A stretch of DNA of 63,569 nucleotides, filler included, from Chrysochromulina tobinii (GCA_001275005.1; 7 parts of 7 records of this genome joined end to end with filler, not necessarily neighbours in it), one strand, 5' to 3'. Shown: positions 1 to 9,827, numbered from the whole stretch's first letter. Notes: generated from the sequence alone by a model not told the origin. A program made the numbers and translations.

Positions 1-120
1 AGCTTCTGGACGTGCGTGCTCGATCGAGCCGCCCGCGCGCGATCATGCAGACGCGCCGCGGAGCACAGAAGCGGGGTCGCGATTCTGGCCACCCACCCAC
101 CCACGAATCACAACAGAGGG

Positions 121-200
121 AATCAGCGAGATATCAGCGAGATATCATTAGGCTATCAGCGGGATATCAGCGAGATATCGACGAGACATCAGCGAGATAC
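121..200. repeat. Degenerate 11-bp tandem repeat (ATCAGCGAGAT)
   Basis: About 7 imperfect copies just downstream of the gag-like stop; shares the ATCAG core with the intronic repeats elsewhere in the window. Confidence 0.8.
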
Positions 201-232
201 CGACGAGCCAGACAGACGGCAGGACCGACGGC

Positions 233-1507
233 CTACGCCTCCTCGTCATCGCCATCCTCCCCCCCGTCCGAGGGCTTCTCCTCGTGGGAGAAGCGGCACT
301 TGCCGTTGCACGTGCCGTTGGCGAAGTTGCGGCAGGGCGGCCCAGCCGGGTTGCCGCCCTCCATCCGCTCGAGCAGGTCGCCCTTCTTCTTCTTGACGTC
401 AGCCGGCGGCTTCTTGACTTTGCCGGCCGCAGCCGCCGCCTCAGCAGCCTTGGCGGCCTTGGCAGCCGCCTTCTTCTGCCGCTTCGACGGCGGCGCTGGC
501 GTATCGAGAGTAGCACCGCGCTTCATCGCCGGAGGCGTCGAATGGGCACGCGAATCAATTCGAGCCTCGAGCACATCGAGATGCTCGCGGATGGCACACG
601 AGAGAGTCTTGAGCGACGGCGCCTTGACAACCGACGACAACTTCTCCTCGAACCAGTCCGCGAGGGCCTCCGCCTTGTCGCGGGCGAGCTTCTGCATCCC
701 GAAGCAGGCCTTCTTGAGGGCGAACACGTCCTCGAGCGCGATCCAGCGGACCGTGCCAGAGACGACGCCGTGCGAGTTCGAAACAAAGCCCTGCTTGCCG
801 ATGTCCGCATCGCCGAACAGCAGCAGAACGGACATCATCTTGCGAATCAGGCAGTCGTACACGTCCTGACCGCTGCCGAGGTGGACCTTGCCCGGCAGCT
901 CCTTCTTCTTGGGGTCGTCCAGCACCTCGCCACGACGACCGTTGGCAGGCTTCGCACGGCGCCAGTCCGTGCGCGCGTCGAGCGCATAACCGAGGCCCTG
1001 CTTCATGAGGCTCTTGGCATAGAGGCCAGTCGAATAGGCCTCGGGCTCAAGAGCAAAGTGGTAAGTGGACTTGAACCATGCGGCCTTGTCCTCGATGGCG
1101 ACGTCCTGCGACTCCTCCTCGCGCTCCTCCTTCTCGACGCCGGTGGCCTCGCGATGGAGCACCATCAGAAGCTGCCGCCACTTGGCGTAGTTGGAGTGCA
1201 GGTCGAAGTCGAGGCCCTTGGTCTGGCCGTCTGCGACATCCTTACCGGCCAGCTGCTCCATGACCTTGTCGACGAACTTGAAGTTGCTAACCAGGATGCC
1301 GCCGCCGATGAAGACAATGTCCATGAGCGAGATCGCGATCTTGCCGTGCGCCTTGGACAGGACGGGCAGGAGCCGCACCGCGTCCTTGCAGGTGTCCTTC
1401 TCCAAAAGGCGCTTTACCGCGCCCGTCACGGTCGGGATCGGATGATTGAAGTTCGCGAACTCGGCCGCGGTGCGGGCATCGACCACGGTGAAGAGGGGCG
1501 TCGTCAT
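233..1507 (-). CDS. Gag-like protein with C-terminal CCCH-type zinc finger
   Basis: Intronless ORF (likely ATG 1507; open to 1645) ending in a Lys/Ala-rich tract and CRNFANGTCNGKCRFSH; adjacent to the RT ORF. Confidence 0.65.
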   Translation of the reverse strand: MTTPLFTVVDARTAAEFANFNHPIPTVTGAVKRLLEKDTCKDAVRLLPVLSKAHGKIAISLMDIVFIGGGILVSNFKFVDKVMEQLAGKDVADGQTKGLDFDLHSNYAKWRQLLMVLHREATGVEKEEREEESQDVAIEDKAAWFKSTYHFALEPEAYSTGLYAKSLMKQGLGYALDARTDWRRAKPANGRRGEVLDDPKKKELPGKVHLGSGQDVYDCLIRKMMSVLLLFGDADIGKQGFVSNSHGVVSGTVRWIALEDVFALKKACFGMQKLARDKAEALADWFEEKLSSVVKAPSLKTLSCAIREHLDVLEARIDSRAHSTPPAMKRGATLDTPAPPSKRQKKAAAKAAKAAEAAAAAGKVKKPPADVKKKKGDLLERMEGGNPAGPPCRNFANGTCNGKCRFSHEEKPSDGGEDGDDEEA

Positions 1508-1768
1508 CGACGTATGAAGAGTCGGCCGAAGGCTCGGACCGAAAGCAAGCTCAGCCGACACCGTTACGCGCAGCATCTCTGGAACTTGCAAAAAAGAAGA
1601 TACATGCAAGCTACGGCGCAGCCACACCGGCCAAGATACCGCCACAGCTCATGTCTATGCGCCTTCCAGTCCCAGAACAAATAAGGGCGCCCGCATGCAA
1701 CAAATCCGTTACGAAAACAAAACGGCCTGGCCAAAAGCAAAGCGGGGCCGCCCAGCAGACTGAATCAG

Positions 1769-4213
1769 ATGACGCTCGCCCTGACCGCCCTCTTCACGCT
1801 CGCTCCGGCACTCGACTTCTTACCAAAGGACAAGATACCGAGAGCATACTTCGAGGCGGTAAGCGCCTTGAAGGCCATCGAAGTGTGCATCGGACGGGCA
1901 CCAAGGCCCACAGCATCGGCTGGGTACATATTCGACACCGAAGGCGGCGACAAGCTTGTAAAACCAGTGCACCTGCGGCGAGTGCCGGTAGCTGCTGGAT
2001 ATGGGCTGCACTTCGACCTCGCGAAAAAGCTCGCCTTCCCATTCGCGGACGGCAGGAAGCTGCTCACGCCAGACATGATCTGCGCCACGGAGCACTCAGT
2101 CCAAAAAGGAGCAGATGGCTCTCTCCTCGAGCACAGAGGCAGGGTCATCGGCGTGTTACGCGAGCATGGAGAACTCCTAAGGCCATACTCGCTCAAACTC
2201 AACAGCGAGCTGATGCCCGCAGACGTGTACAAAATATCCAGCGGGATGAATATCTTGATGCTCGCAGCGCTGGTCGACGCCTTCGACATGCCTGACAAGG
2301 ACATAGCCAGGTGCTTTTGGCATGGCTTTCAGGCAATAGGTGTCGTCGCTGACTCGTTCGCCCATCGCCCGCTCCAACATCCTACCGCGCTCGAACTCGC
2401 TCAGTTCAACAAAGAGACGCGGGAGATAATGCAGGGCAACGAAGATTGGGCCGACGAAGTCGAGCGCATCGTCGCACGACGGAACACCGCCACCAGCCAG
2501 AGCAAAGACACGCGACAAAGACTGGCCGCTATCATTGAGACAACCAACAAAGAGCTCTCTCGTGGCCTGATCTCGAAGGGCCTTACCAGGGGCCAAGTCA
2601 TTAGCAAATGGGGCGCTGGAGGCTACCGCCCAATGATACGCTCGGCGGTCTTCCAGGGCGACAAGTGGCGCTGCATCGACGATGGGCGCAGAAGCCTGCT
2701 CAACCAGGCTACCTTGCTTGTTGAGACGATCGTGACGCCCAGCTATGAGCTGCCTCTGCACGTAGCCCGGGCAGCGGCCAAGTTCGCTAGGCAGCGAGGC
2801 TTACCGCTCGCTGAGCTCCACTACGGGCTCGACGACCTCCTAGCAGCATTCCGGACGCTACCAACGGCTCAGCAACAGTACAACCTATTCGCGGCTTGGA
2901 ACCCAAGCCTCAGGCGCGTGGAATATCACTACTGTTTCGGCTTTGTCTTTGGTCTCAAATCGAGCGTCACCCAGTTCAACAGATTTCCCGAGGTCACAGC
3001 AGCCGCCGCCCGCCACCTTGGAGTGCCGACCGCCCACTACTTCGACGATTTCCAGATCATCGACGTGGCCTCAGCACTGTCCACCGGGCAGGACGTCGTG
3101 TACGAGATCCATTGCCAAGTGGGCGATGGCATCGAAGCCGGCGCACGCAGGACGAAAATCTCAGCGCCAGCCATTGAACTCGCCAAGCGCAAGCCAATGG
3201 CAGCGGTCAACGTCGGGCTCGGCGTGAGTGTCGACCTGTCAGCGGCGCACACCCAAGGCACAGTCACTTTCGAGCCAACGGCCAACCGCATCAGGAACAT
3301 CCTCGCCATGTGGGCCAAAGCCAAGAGCTCCGATAGAATGACGTCAGGCGACGCCAGCACCCTCAGAGGCAAGCGCGCGTTCCTACTCGAGTGTGCGCAA
3401 GGACGGGTCGGACGCGCCTCGTCGCTCTCGCTGGTGCAGCGGGAGTACTTCGACGAGGGCGAGACCAAGTTTACAGAAAGCCTACAACACGCGTACGATT
3501 TCGACGCGGCCCTACTCCCGAACCTCCCAGTCCGCGTCGAGCAAGTCGAGAAATCGAACATCCTCCCGCTGCTTGTTTATACAGACGCGATGTTCCGCCC
3601 GCGTAAGCGCAAGCGGAGGGATTGTGACAATGAAGAGGCGAACGAGTGGAAGGCGAAATTCGTGTCCAAGCTCGGGACAGTCCTCTATGACCCTCACTGC
3701 GACCCGAGCAGCGAAACGTACGCCCCAGAGCTTGTCGCGGGCTGCGAAGAGGGACACCTCGTCTATGCGAGCGCCGTCCCGCCAGATGAGGTGGTCGCGA
3801 CGTTTCAGAAGGCGCGCAATGGCGACTTCCAGAAGACATACATTGCTCAACTGGAAATCCTAGCCGGGGTCGCGGTATACTACACACACCCGGAGCGAGT
3901 ACGTGGGCGACAGGTCAACCACTTCATCGACAACACCGTGGCCTTGTCAGGCCTCGTACACGGATACGCGCGGAAGCTGGACCTGGCACGCATGATCAAT
4001 GCCTTCCATCTACAGATCGCCGCCCTGGGCGCCAACGTCTACTACGAATTTGTGCCGTCGAAGTGCAACGTCGCAGACTTGCCCTCGAGGGACGAGTTCG
4101 AGTTGCTCGAGGAGCACGGCGGGAGGCGTACAGCCATGCTCTTCCCGCCCGTATCCGACTGGACGGGCCCGTTGGACCTCTGGTTCCGAAGGCTTAGCGC
4201 CCCGCCCCAGTGA
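1769..4213 (+). CDS. Reverse transcriptase - RNase H (DIRS-like), 814 aa
   Basis: RT motifs RCIDD, DDLLAAFRTLP, FGLKSSVTQFNR, YFDDF; RNase H motifs VYTDA, IAQLEILA, FIDNTVAL, FVPSKCNVADLPSR. Confidence 0.92.
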   Translation: MTLALTALFTLAPALDFLPKDKIPRAYFEAVSALKAIEVCIGRAPRPTASAGYIFDTEGGDKLVKPVHLRRVPVAAGYGLHFDLAKKLAFPFADGRKLLTPDMICATEHSVQKGADGSLLEHRGRVIGVLREHGELLRPYSLKLNSELMPADVYKISSGMNILMLAALVDAFDMPDKDIARCFWHGFQAIGVVADSFAHRPLQHPTALELAQFNKETREIMQGNEDWADEVERIVARRNTATSQSKDTRQRLAAIIETTNKELSRGLISKGLTRGQVISKWGAGGYRPMIRSAVFQGDKWRCIDDGRRSLLNQATLLVETIVTPSYELPLHVARAAAKFARQRGLPLAELHYGLDDLLAAFRTLPTAQQQYNLFAAWNPSLRRVEYHYCFGFVFGLKSSVTQFNRFPEVTAAAARHLGVPTAHYFDDFQIIDVASALSTGQDVVYEIHCQVGDGIEAGARRTKISAPAIELAKRKPMAAVNVGLGVSVDLSAAHTQGTVTFEPTANRIRNILAMWAKAKSSDRMTSGDASTLRGKRAFLLECAQGRVGRASSLSLVQREYFDEGETKFTESLQHAYDFDAALLPNLPVRVEQVEKSNILPLLVYTDAMFRPRKRKRRDCDNEEANEWKAKFVSKLGTVLYDPHCDPSSETYAPELVAGCEEGHLVYASAVPPDEVVATFQKARNGDFQKTYIAQLEILAGVAVYYTHPERVRGRQVNHFIDNTVALSGLVHGYARKLDLARMINAFHLQIAALGANVYYEFVPSKCNVADLPSRDEFELLEEHGGRRTAMLFPPVSDWTGPLDLWFRRLSAPPQ

Positions 4214-4577
4214 GCCCCGCATCAGCACCCGCTGCAGCGCCTTCGGGCCTCAGCGCAAGCCAAGTCCCGCACAGCAGTCAGGCCGAGGAGGCTCAGGTAG
4301 GCGATCGCAGTACGATCTCTCTGCCTACAGTCTGGCGAAAGCACCCAAGTGTGCTCGAGCAACTCGTAGCAGAGGTAGTAAGATACAGATGCCCCTCACG
4401 AGTACTATATATGCAACGTGAGCCAGCGGCTCACGCAGCAGAAAAGTACCAGGAAAGGGGGGGGCTGAGTGAAGTACCTTCCCTCATCCACAATGGTGTA
4501 CTCATGTACATGCGCACGGTTACAGAACCCCGAGGCACCCATGGAGGCACCCTCCCTAGTGTGTGTGCCCCGGCCGG

Positions 4578-4677
4578 NNNNNNNNNNNNNNNNNNNNNNN
4601 NNNNNNNNNNNNNNNNNNNNNTTAATTAATTAANNNNNNNNNNNNNNNNNNNNNNNNNNNNNNNNNNNNNNNNNNNN
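4578..4677. other. Artificial contig linker
   Basis: N-run with TTAATTAATTAA (stops in all six frames). Confidence 0.98.
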
Positions 4678-5242
4678 GCTCGTGGAGCTGGTGTGCGTCT
4701 ACCGCCCTGCAGCTCCGCTTGCCCTGGAAGACAACTAATCTAGCGCTTACGCGCTAGAAACCACCCTCCGTCACGGACTGACGTGACCGGCCGGAAATAG
4801 GCTCGGTCGGCCGGGCACGGCAATCGGCATCGGAACCGATGAACGTCGTGCCGGGTCCGCTCCACTGGAGACTCCGGCGAGGGGTCCAGTCGCGCGGTGG
4901 CTGCGTAGCGCGCAGCCGCGGTGGTGGAGCCCAGGAGCGACGGGGGCGGGGGGCGGCTAGCCGGCTACTCGTCGCCCCGCGCGCCGTGTCCCCTCTCCCT
5001 TCTACTTACCCTTCTCCCCAAGACTCGCGACGTCGAGCAGAGGCTGGGAGCCTGGGACCTGGGTCTGGCAGCGGCTCGGCTAAATTCACGTTTTGTGATT
5101 TGAACCATTACATTTCGTAATGCCGCGATACCGTACGTAACGAGTATGTAGTGGTTCTTGCGAACGCGGCGCCGGCGCTGCTCGATGCGATCGCGGCGGA
5201 GGCGGCACCGCGCGTGCGCAACTTCACGCTACTGAGCCCTCT

Positions 5243-8200
5243 CTAGCGAAGGCGCTGGCGAGACAGACAGGGGATGAGCGCGCGAGTACAAAGAGCCTGC
5301 CTGCACGTCGGGCAATTTCTCTCGATGGGCAGAGGGTCGTCGTCCGACTCCCCAAAGCCTTGCAGCCATCGACTCAAACAGCGCTTGTGGTAGTAGTTGC
5401 CGCAACAAGGAGTGTGCCCGCATGCAGCCTCGCCTCGAGAGCTTGCCGCGCTCAAGTCTAGGGCTACGAGACAGATGATGCAACGAGCTGCGCCAGGGTC
5501 ATCACTGCTCTCGGCCGTGAGCTGTGGCTGGAGCGCCACCGCTCGCTGCAAGACCTCTGCACAGGCCACGGCAGCCGCTAGCCGCTTGCGCGAGGCGTGT
5601 TTGGTCGTGGCAGCTGGTGACGGCGGAGGCGGCGACGATAATGACGGCGCTCGCTGCGTGCGCCGGTCGTCGCGCAGCGCTGAAAGCAGCACATGCCAAC
5701 AGCGGAGCGCCTCCGCCAGCTCAACTTCGTTTGGACCGGACGGGTCTGGGGCGTGTACCAGCTCGAGCCCCTCGGCTACCGCGGCCGCCCGGGCCGCCGT
5801 GAGCGGCTGCGGCGCTGCGACCCTCGCCTCAACAGCCTCTGTGGCCGCTCTATCCACCCCAATGTGCCTCGCGTAGCACAAGGCCGCCTCCTCCGGCGTC
5901 GCGAATATGCCCAAGTAGCGCTGCTTGCCATTCTCCCTGACCTCCGCCTTGTACTTGCCACGATCCTTAAAAACCCACTTGAAGCCCGTTTGACCGCTCG
6001 CTGACGGCACGAGCTCGAGCCCCTCGGCCACCGCGGCCGCCCTGGCCTCGTCCGCCGTGAGCGGCTGTTGCCCGTCGCCCCTCGCCTCCGCCGCCTCCGC
6101 CGCCGCTCGCTCCGCCCCAATGTGCCTCGCGTGGAGTAGCATCTCGCTTGACCGACGACGGCTGTTCAACCCGTCATGAATGTGGCGTGCAAGGGCTGGT
6201 GGCTCGTCGATGCGAGGACGGCCGCTTCCCCCGGCGCCGCCGTCGGTCAGAACCTTGCGCTTGCGCTGCTGGTTGGATGTCCCTGCGGCGCCCTGCCTCT
6301 CAGAGTGCTCCTCCACCACCGACACCTCCTCCAACTCCACCGCCACCTCTTCCAGCTCCTCGATCGCCTCCTCGATCTCCTCCTCAATCTCCTCCTCGAT
6401 CTCCTCCTCGGCGATCACCTTGATGAACCGCGGCGCCACGCGCTCTTCGAAGTCGCCATCGTCATAGTGCAGATTGCACGTGCCGTCCTCGTGCACCGCC
6501 GTCACCACGCCATCGAACCAGTTGCGGCCGCCTATCTGCCCCTGGTACTTGCCTCGGATGCGATCGCCCAGCTTGGGCGTCTCGGAGGGCGGCAGCCTGC
6601 GCTTCTCGCGTGCCTGCCTCATGAGCTCGCGTGAGCTGGGCGCGGGCTCGGCCGTATACATCTGCACCGGCTTCTGATCGCGGCGGTAGCCGAGCACTGA
6701 CACGCATATGCCCGAGTGCCACGCCGGCTTCGTGCAGCCGTCCTTGGCGCAAAGCTGGGTTCCGAGAGCATTCCACACGCGCCCGTCGGCGCTACGCCGC
6801 AGCCCGTTTGCCAACCCGGTCTCATCCGCCGTGAGCGTCTGCGGCTTTTCGACCCTCGCCTCTGCCGCCTCAGCCGCCGCTCGATCCGCCCTAATGCTCC
6901 TCGCGTAGCACAAGGCCGCCTCCTCCGGCGTCGCGAAGGTGCCGAGGTAGCGATCATTGCCATCCTCGTTCGTCTCCACCTTGTACTTGCCTCCATTCTT
7001 GAACACGCCCCTGAAACCCGTCTCATTGCTCGACGACGGCACCAGCTCGAGCCCCTCGGCCGCCGCGGCCGCCCTGGCCTCGTCCGCTGAGAGCGGCCGC
7101 GGACCTTCGCCCCTCGCCTGCGCCGCCGCCTCTGCCGCCGCTCGCTCCGCTCCAATATACACGCCCTTGAAGCCCGTGTCACCGCCTGAAGATGGCACCA
7201 GCGCAAGCCCGTCGGCCGCCGCGACAACCCTCGTCCGCTTGCGCGAGGCGTGCTCGGTCGTGGCAGCTGGTGACGGCGGAGGCGGCGACGATAATGACGG
7301 CGCTCGCTGCGTGCGCCGGTCGTCGCGCAGCGCTGAAAGCAGCACATGCCAACAGCGGAGCGCCTCCGCCAGCTCAACTTCGTTTGGACCGGACGGGGCT
7401 GGGGCGTGTACCAACTCGAGCCCCTCGGCTACCGCGGCCGCCCGGGCCTCGTCCGCCGTGAGCGGCTGCGGCGCTGCAACCCTCGCCTGGACAGCCTCTG
7501 TGGCCGCTCTATCCACCCCAATGTGCCTCGCGTAGCACAAGGCCGCCTCCTCCGGCGTCGCGAACCTGCCCAAGTAGCGCTGCTTGCCATTCTCCCTGAT
7601 ATCCACTCTGTACTTGCCTCCATTCTTCTTCACGCCCCTGAAACCCGTCTCATTGCTCGACGACGGCACGAGCTCGAGCCCCTCGGCCGCCGCGGCCGCC
7701 CTGGCCTCGTCCGCCGAGAGCGGCTGCGGCGCTGCAACCCTCGCCTCGACAGCCTCTGCCGCCGCTCGCTCGGGACCAATGTACCTCGCGTAGCACAAGG
7801 CCGCCTCCTCCGGCGTCGCGAACATGCCCAAGTAGCGCGTCTTGCCATTCTCACAGAACGTCACTGCGTACCTGCCACTATGCTCATTCACGCCCCTGAA
7901 GCCCGTTTTTGCGCTCGCTGACGGCACGAGCTCGAGCCCCTCGGCCGCCGCGGCCGCCCTGGCCTCGTCCGCCGTGAGCGGCTGCGGCGCTGCGACCCTC
8001 GCCTCAGCTGCCCATGCCGCCGCTCGCTCGGGCCCTATGTACCTCGCGTAGCACAAGGCCGCCTCCTCTGGCGTCGCAAATCTGCCGAGGTGGTGCTCCT
8101 TGCCATTCTCCCTGATCATCACGCCGTATTTGCGTTTGCCCTTGTACACACCCTTGAAGCCAGTCACATTGCCTGAGGACGGCACCAGCTCGAGGCCCTC

Positions 8201-8956
8201 AGCCGCCGCGGTAGCTCTTGCCTCGTCCGCCGAGAGCGGCTGCGGCGCTGCAACCCTCGCCTCGACAGCCTCTGCCGCCGCTCGCTCGGGACCTATGTAC
8301 CTCGCCAAGCACAAGGCCGCCTCCTCCGGCGTCGCGCAGCACGGAAAGTGGCGCACCTTGCCATTCTCACTGATCGATGAAAAGTACTTGCCTCGAGTAT
8401 TGAACACGCCCCTGAAACCCGTCTTATTGCTCGACGACGGCACGAGCTCGAGCCCCTCGGCCACCGCGGCCGCCCTGACCTCGTCCGCCGTGAGCGGCTG
8501 CTGTCCTCTGCCCCTCGCCTCAGCTGCCCATGCCGCCGCTCGCTCCGCCCCAATGTGCCTCGCGTGGCACAAGGCCGCCTCCTCCGGCGTCGCGAACATG
8601 CCCAAGTAGCGATACTTGCCATTCTCACAGATCTGCACTGCGTACCTGCCACTTCGCTCGGACACGCCCTTGAAGCCCGTTTTTGCGCTCGCTGACGGCA
8701 CGAGCTCGAGCCCCTCGGCCGCCGCGGCCGCCCTGGCCTCGTCCGCCGTGAGCGGCTGCGGACCTTCGCCCCTCGCCTCCGCCACCTGTGCCTCCGCTCG
8801 CTCGAGCCCCTCGGCCGCCGCGGCCGCCCTGGCCTCGTCCGCCGTGAGCGGCTGCGGACCTTCGCCCCTCGCCTCCGCCACCTGTGCCTCCGCTCGCTCG
8901 AGCCCCTTGGCCGCCGCGGCTGCCCTCGTGGACTCTTCCCTCTTTAGCTCGGACAT
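5243..8956 (-). CDS. Tandem AP2-like DNA-binding repeat protein with Tudor-like domain and C-terminal RING finger, 1237 aa
   Basis: Seven complete TGF(K/R)GV...ENGK..YLG.FATPEEAALCYAR repeats plus one truncated; Tudor-like GDRIRGKY..NWFDGVVTAVHEDGTCNLHYDDGDFE; RING CIIC...CCGNYYHKRC..W...CPTCR. Confidence 0.88.
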   Translation of the reverse strand: MSELKREESTRAAAAAKGLERAEAQVAEARGEGPQPLTADEARAAAAAEGLERAEAQVAEARGEGPQPLTADEARAAAAAEGLELVPSASAKTGFKGVSERSGRYAVQICENGKYRYLGMFATPEEAALCHARHIGAERAAAWAAEARGRGQQPLTADEVRAAAVAEGLELVPSSSNKTGFRGVFNTRGKYFSSISENGKVRHFPCCATPEEAALCLARYIGPERAAAEAVEARVAAPQPLSADEARATAAAEGLELVPSSGNVTGFKGVYKGKRKYGVMIRENGKEHHLGRFATPEEAALCYARYIGPERAAAWAAEARVAAPQPLTADEARAAAAAEGLELVPSASAKTGFRGVNEHSGRYAVTFCENGKTRYLGMFATPEEAALCYARYIGPERAAAEAVEARVAAPQPLSADEARAAAAAEGLELVPSSSNETGFRGVKKNGGKYRVDIRENGKQRYLGRFATPEEAALCYARHIGVDRAATEAVQARVAAPQPLTADEARAAAVAEGLELVHAPAPSGPNEVELAEALRCWHVLLSALRDDRRTQRAPSLSSPPPPSPAATTEHASRKRTRVVAAADGLALVPSSGGDTGFKGVYIGAERAAAEAAAQARGEGPRPLSADEARAAAAAEGLELVPSSSNETGFRGVFKNGGKYKVETNEDGNDRYLGTFATPEEAALCYARSIRADRAAAEAAEARVEKPQTLTADETGLANGLRRSADGRVWNALGTQLCAKDGCTKPAWHSGICVSVLGYRRDQKPVQMYTAEPAPSSRELMRQAREKRRLPPSETPKLGDRIRGKYQGQIGGRNWFDGVVTAVHEDGTCNLHYDDGDFEERVAPRFIKVIAEEEIEEEIEEEIEEAIEELEEVAVELEEVSVVEEHSERQGAAGTSNQQRKRKVLTDGGAGGSGRPRIDEPPALARHIHDGLNSRRRSSEMLLHARHIGAERAAAEAAEARGDGQQPLTADEARAAAVAEGLELVPSASGQTGFKWVFKDRGKYKAEVRENGKQRYLGIFATPEEAALCYARHIGVDRAATEAVEARVAAPQPLTAARAAAVAEGLELVHAPDPSGPNEVELAEALRCWHVLLSALRDDRRTQRAPSLSSPPPPSPAATTKHASRKRLAAAVACAEVLQRAVALQPQLTAESSDDPGAARCIICLVALDLSAASSRGEAACGHTPCCGNYYHKRCLSRWLQGFGESDDDPLPIERNCPTCRQALCTRALIPCLSRQRLR

Positions 8957-9475
8957 GGTTCAGGTTGTGAATTAAAACATTGGTTATGAACAGGCACGAC
9001 CTTTTCAACTGTGAGTTGGTTCACGCTCCGGCTCACAGCCGTTTCACACAGAGCTGGGTTATGAAGACAAGCTCCAATTCGCCGAGTCACACTGATTTCC
9101 GAAAAAAAAATAGCGCAGCTTTGGACGAAGCACAACCGGAGGTGCCGACAGAACGACCCGTTGAGCACAGGGCTCAACATTTTTCAAACTCGAACGTGGA
9201 AATCCCATACTCAACTTCCGCGGGCGAGGACGCGCTGCATGTGCTGCGTGAAGAGGGCGCGCCGCGCAGCCATCTCGGCGCCCAGCTCGGCGCCCATGCC
9301 CTCGGCGCCGGCTGCGATGGCGGCGGCGGTCGCAAAGGCGGCGGCGGTGTCGGCGTGCGTGGTGGTCGGGGGGGGGGGCGGGACGACGCCCTTGGAGAAG
9401 GCGGCGGCGGCATGGGCGGTGGGCGGCACAGCAGCGACCGAGCCGGCACCATCGCCACAGCAGTGACCGCGCCCA

Positions 9476-9827
9476 TCACAGCGCTCGTGGCTGGTTGATG
9501 GCAGGTTGCATGATCTGAGCCTGGCGGGCGCTGTGATGGGCGCCCGAGGATCGGCCGTTGGCTTCCCACTTTGAGCGTCTCATCGGGTCGACTGCGACGG
9601 CCGAACGCGCCGTCGCGAGCTTAGCGTTCAGCACGGCGCGCGCCTCCGCCATGGCTGCCACGTCGACGATGCGAGCCGCCCACACCGCCTCAAGAGAGAC
9701 AGCTCTCTGATCGCGACGTGGCGTCTTGGCGGCCCGAAGTAGGGCGGTCAGGCGAAGGCCAACTTGGGAAGCTGCGGCGAGCGGCCTCGAGAGAGCGGAG
9801 GTCACCTCGTCATATGCGGCGGCGCGC

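Larger units (their letters stand above)
1..4577. mobile_element. Partial DIRS/Ngaro/PAT-like (tyrosine-recombinase-class) retrotransposon
   Basis: RT plus DIRS-style RNase H ORF and a gag-like zinc-finger ORF. No protease, DDE integrase or recombinase is visible, and both ends are cut (window start, contig end). Confidence 0.7.

Noticed and set aside
284..1684. 466-aa plus-strand ORF as the real gag upstream of RT
   Set aside because: It is the codon-aligned antisense shadow of the minus-strand ORF, with typical L/V/R/G-rich shadow composition and no motif.
1769..4213. Retron, DGR or group II intron RT
   Set aside because: The C-terminal RNase H with DIRS-style motifs and the absence of maturase or template-repeat features indicate a eukaryotic retrotransposon.
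4440..4485. Hammerhead ribozyme
   Set aside because: CTGAGTGA does not fit the CUGANGA core and no correctly placed GAAA and stems are seen.
4578..4677. TTAATTAATTAA as a biological motif, and linkage of the RT element to the hairpin block or AP2 gene
   Set aside because: An identical 100-nt linker recurs six times; it is an artificial join, so cross-linker adjacency is uninformative.
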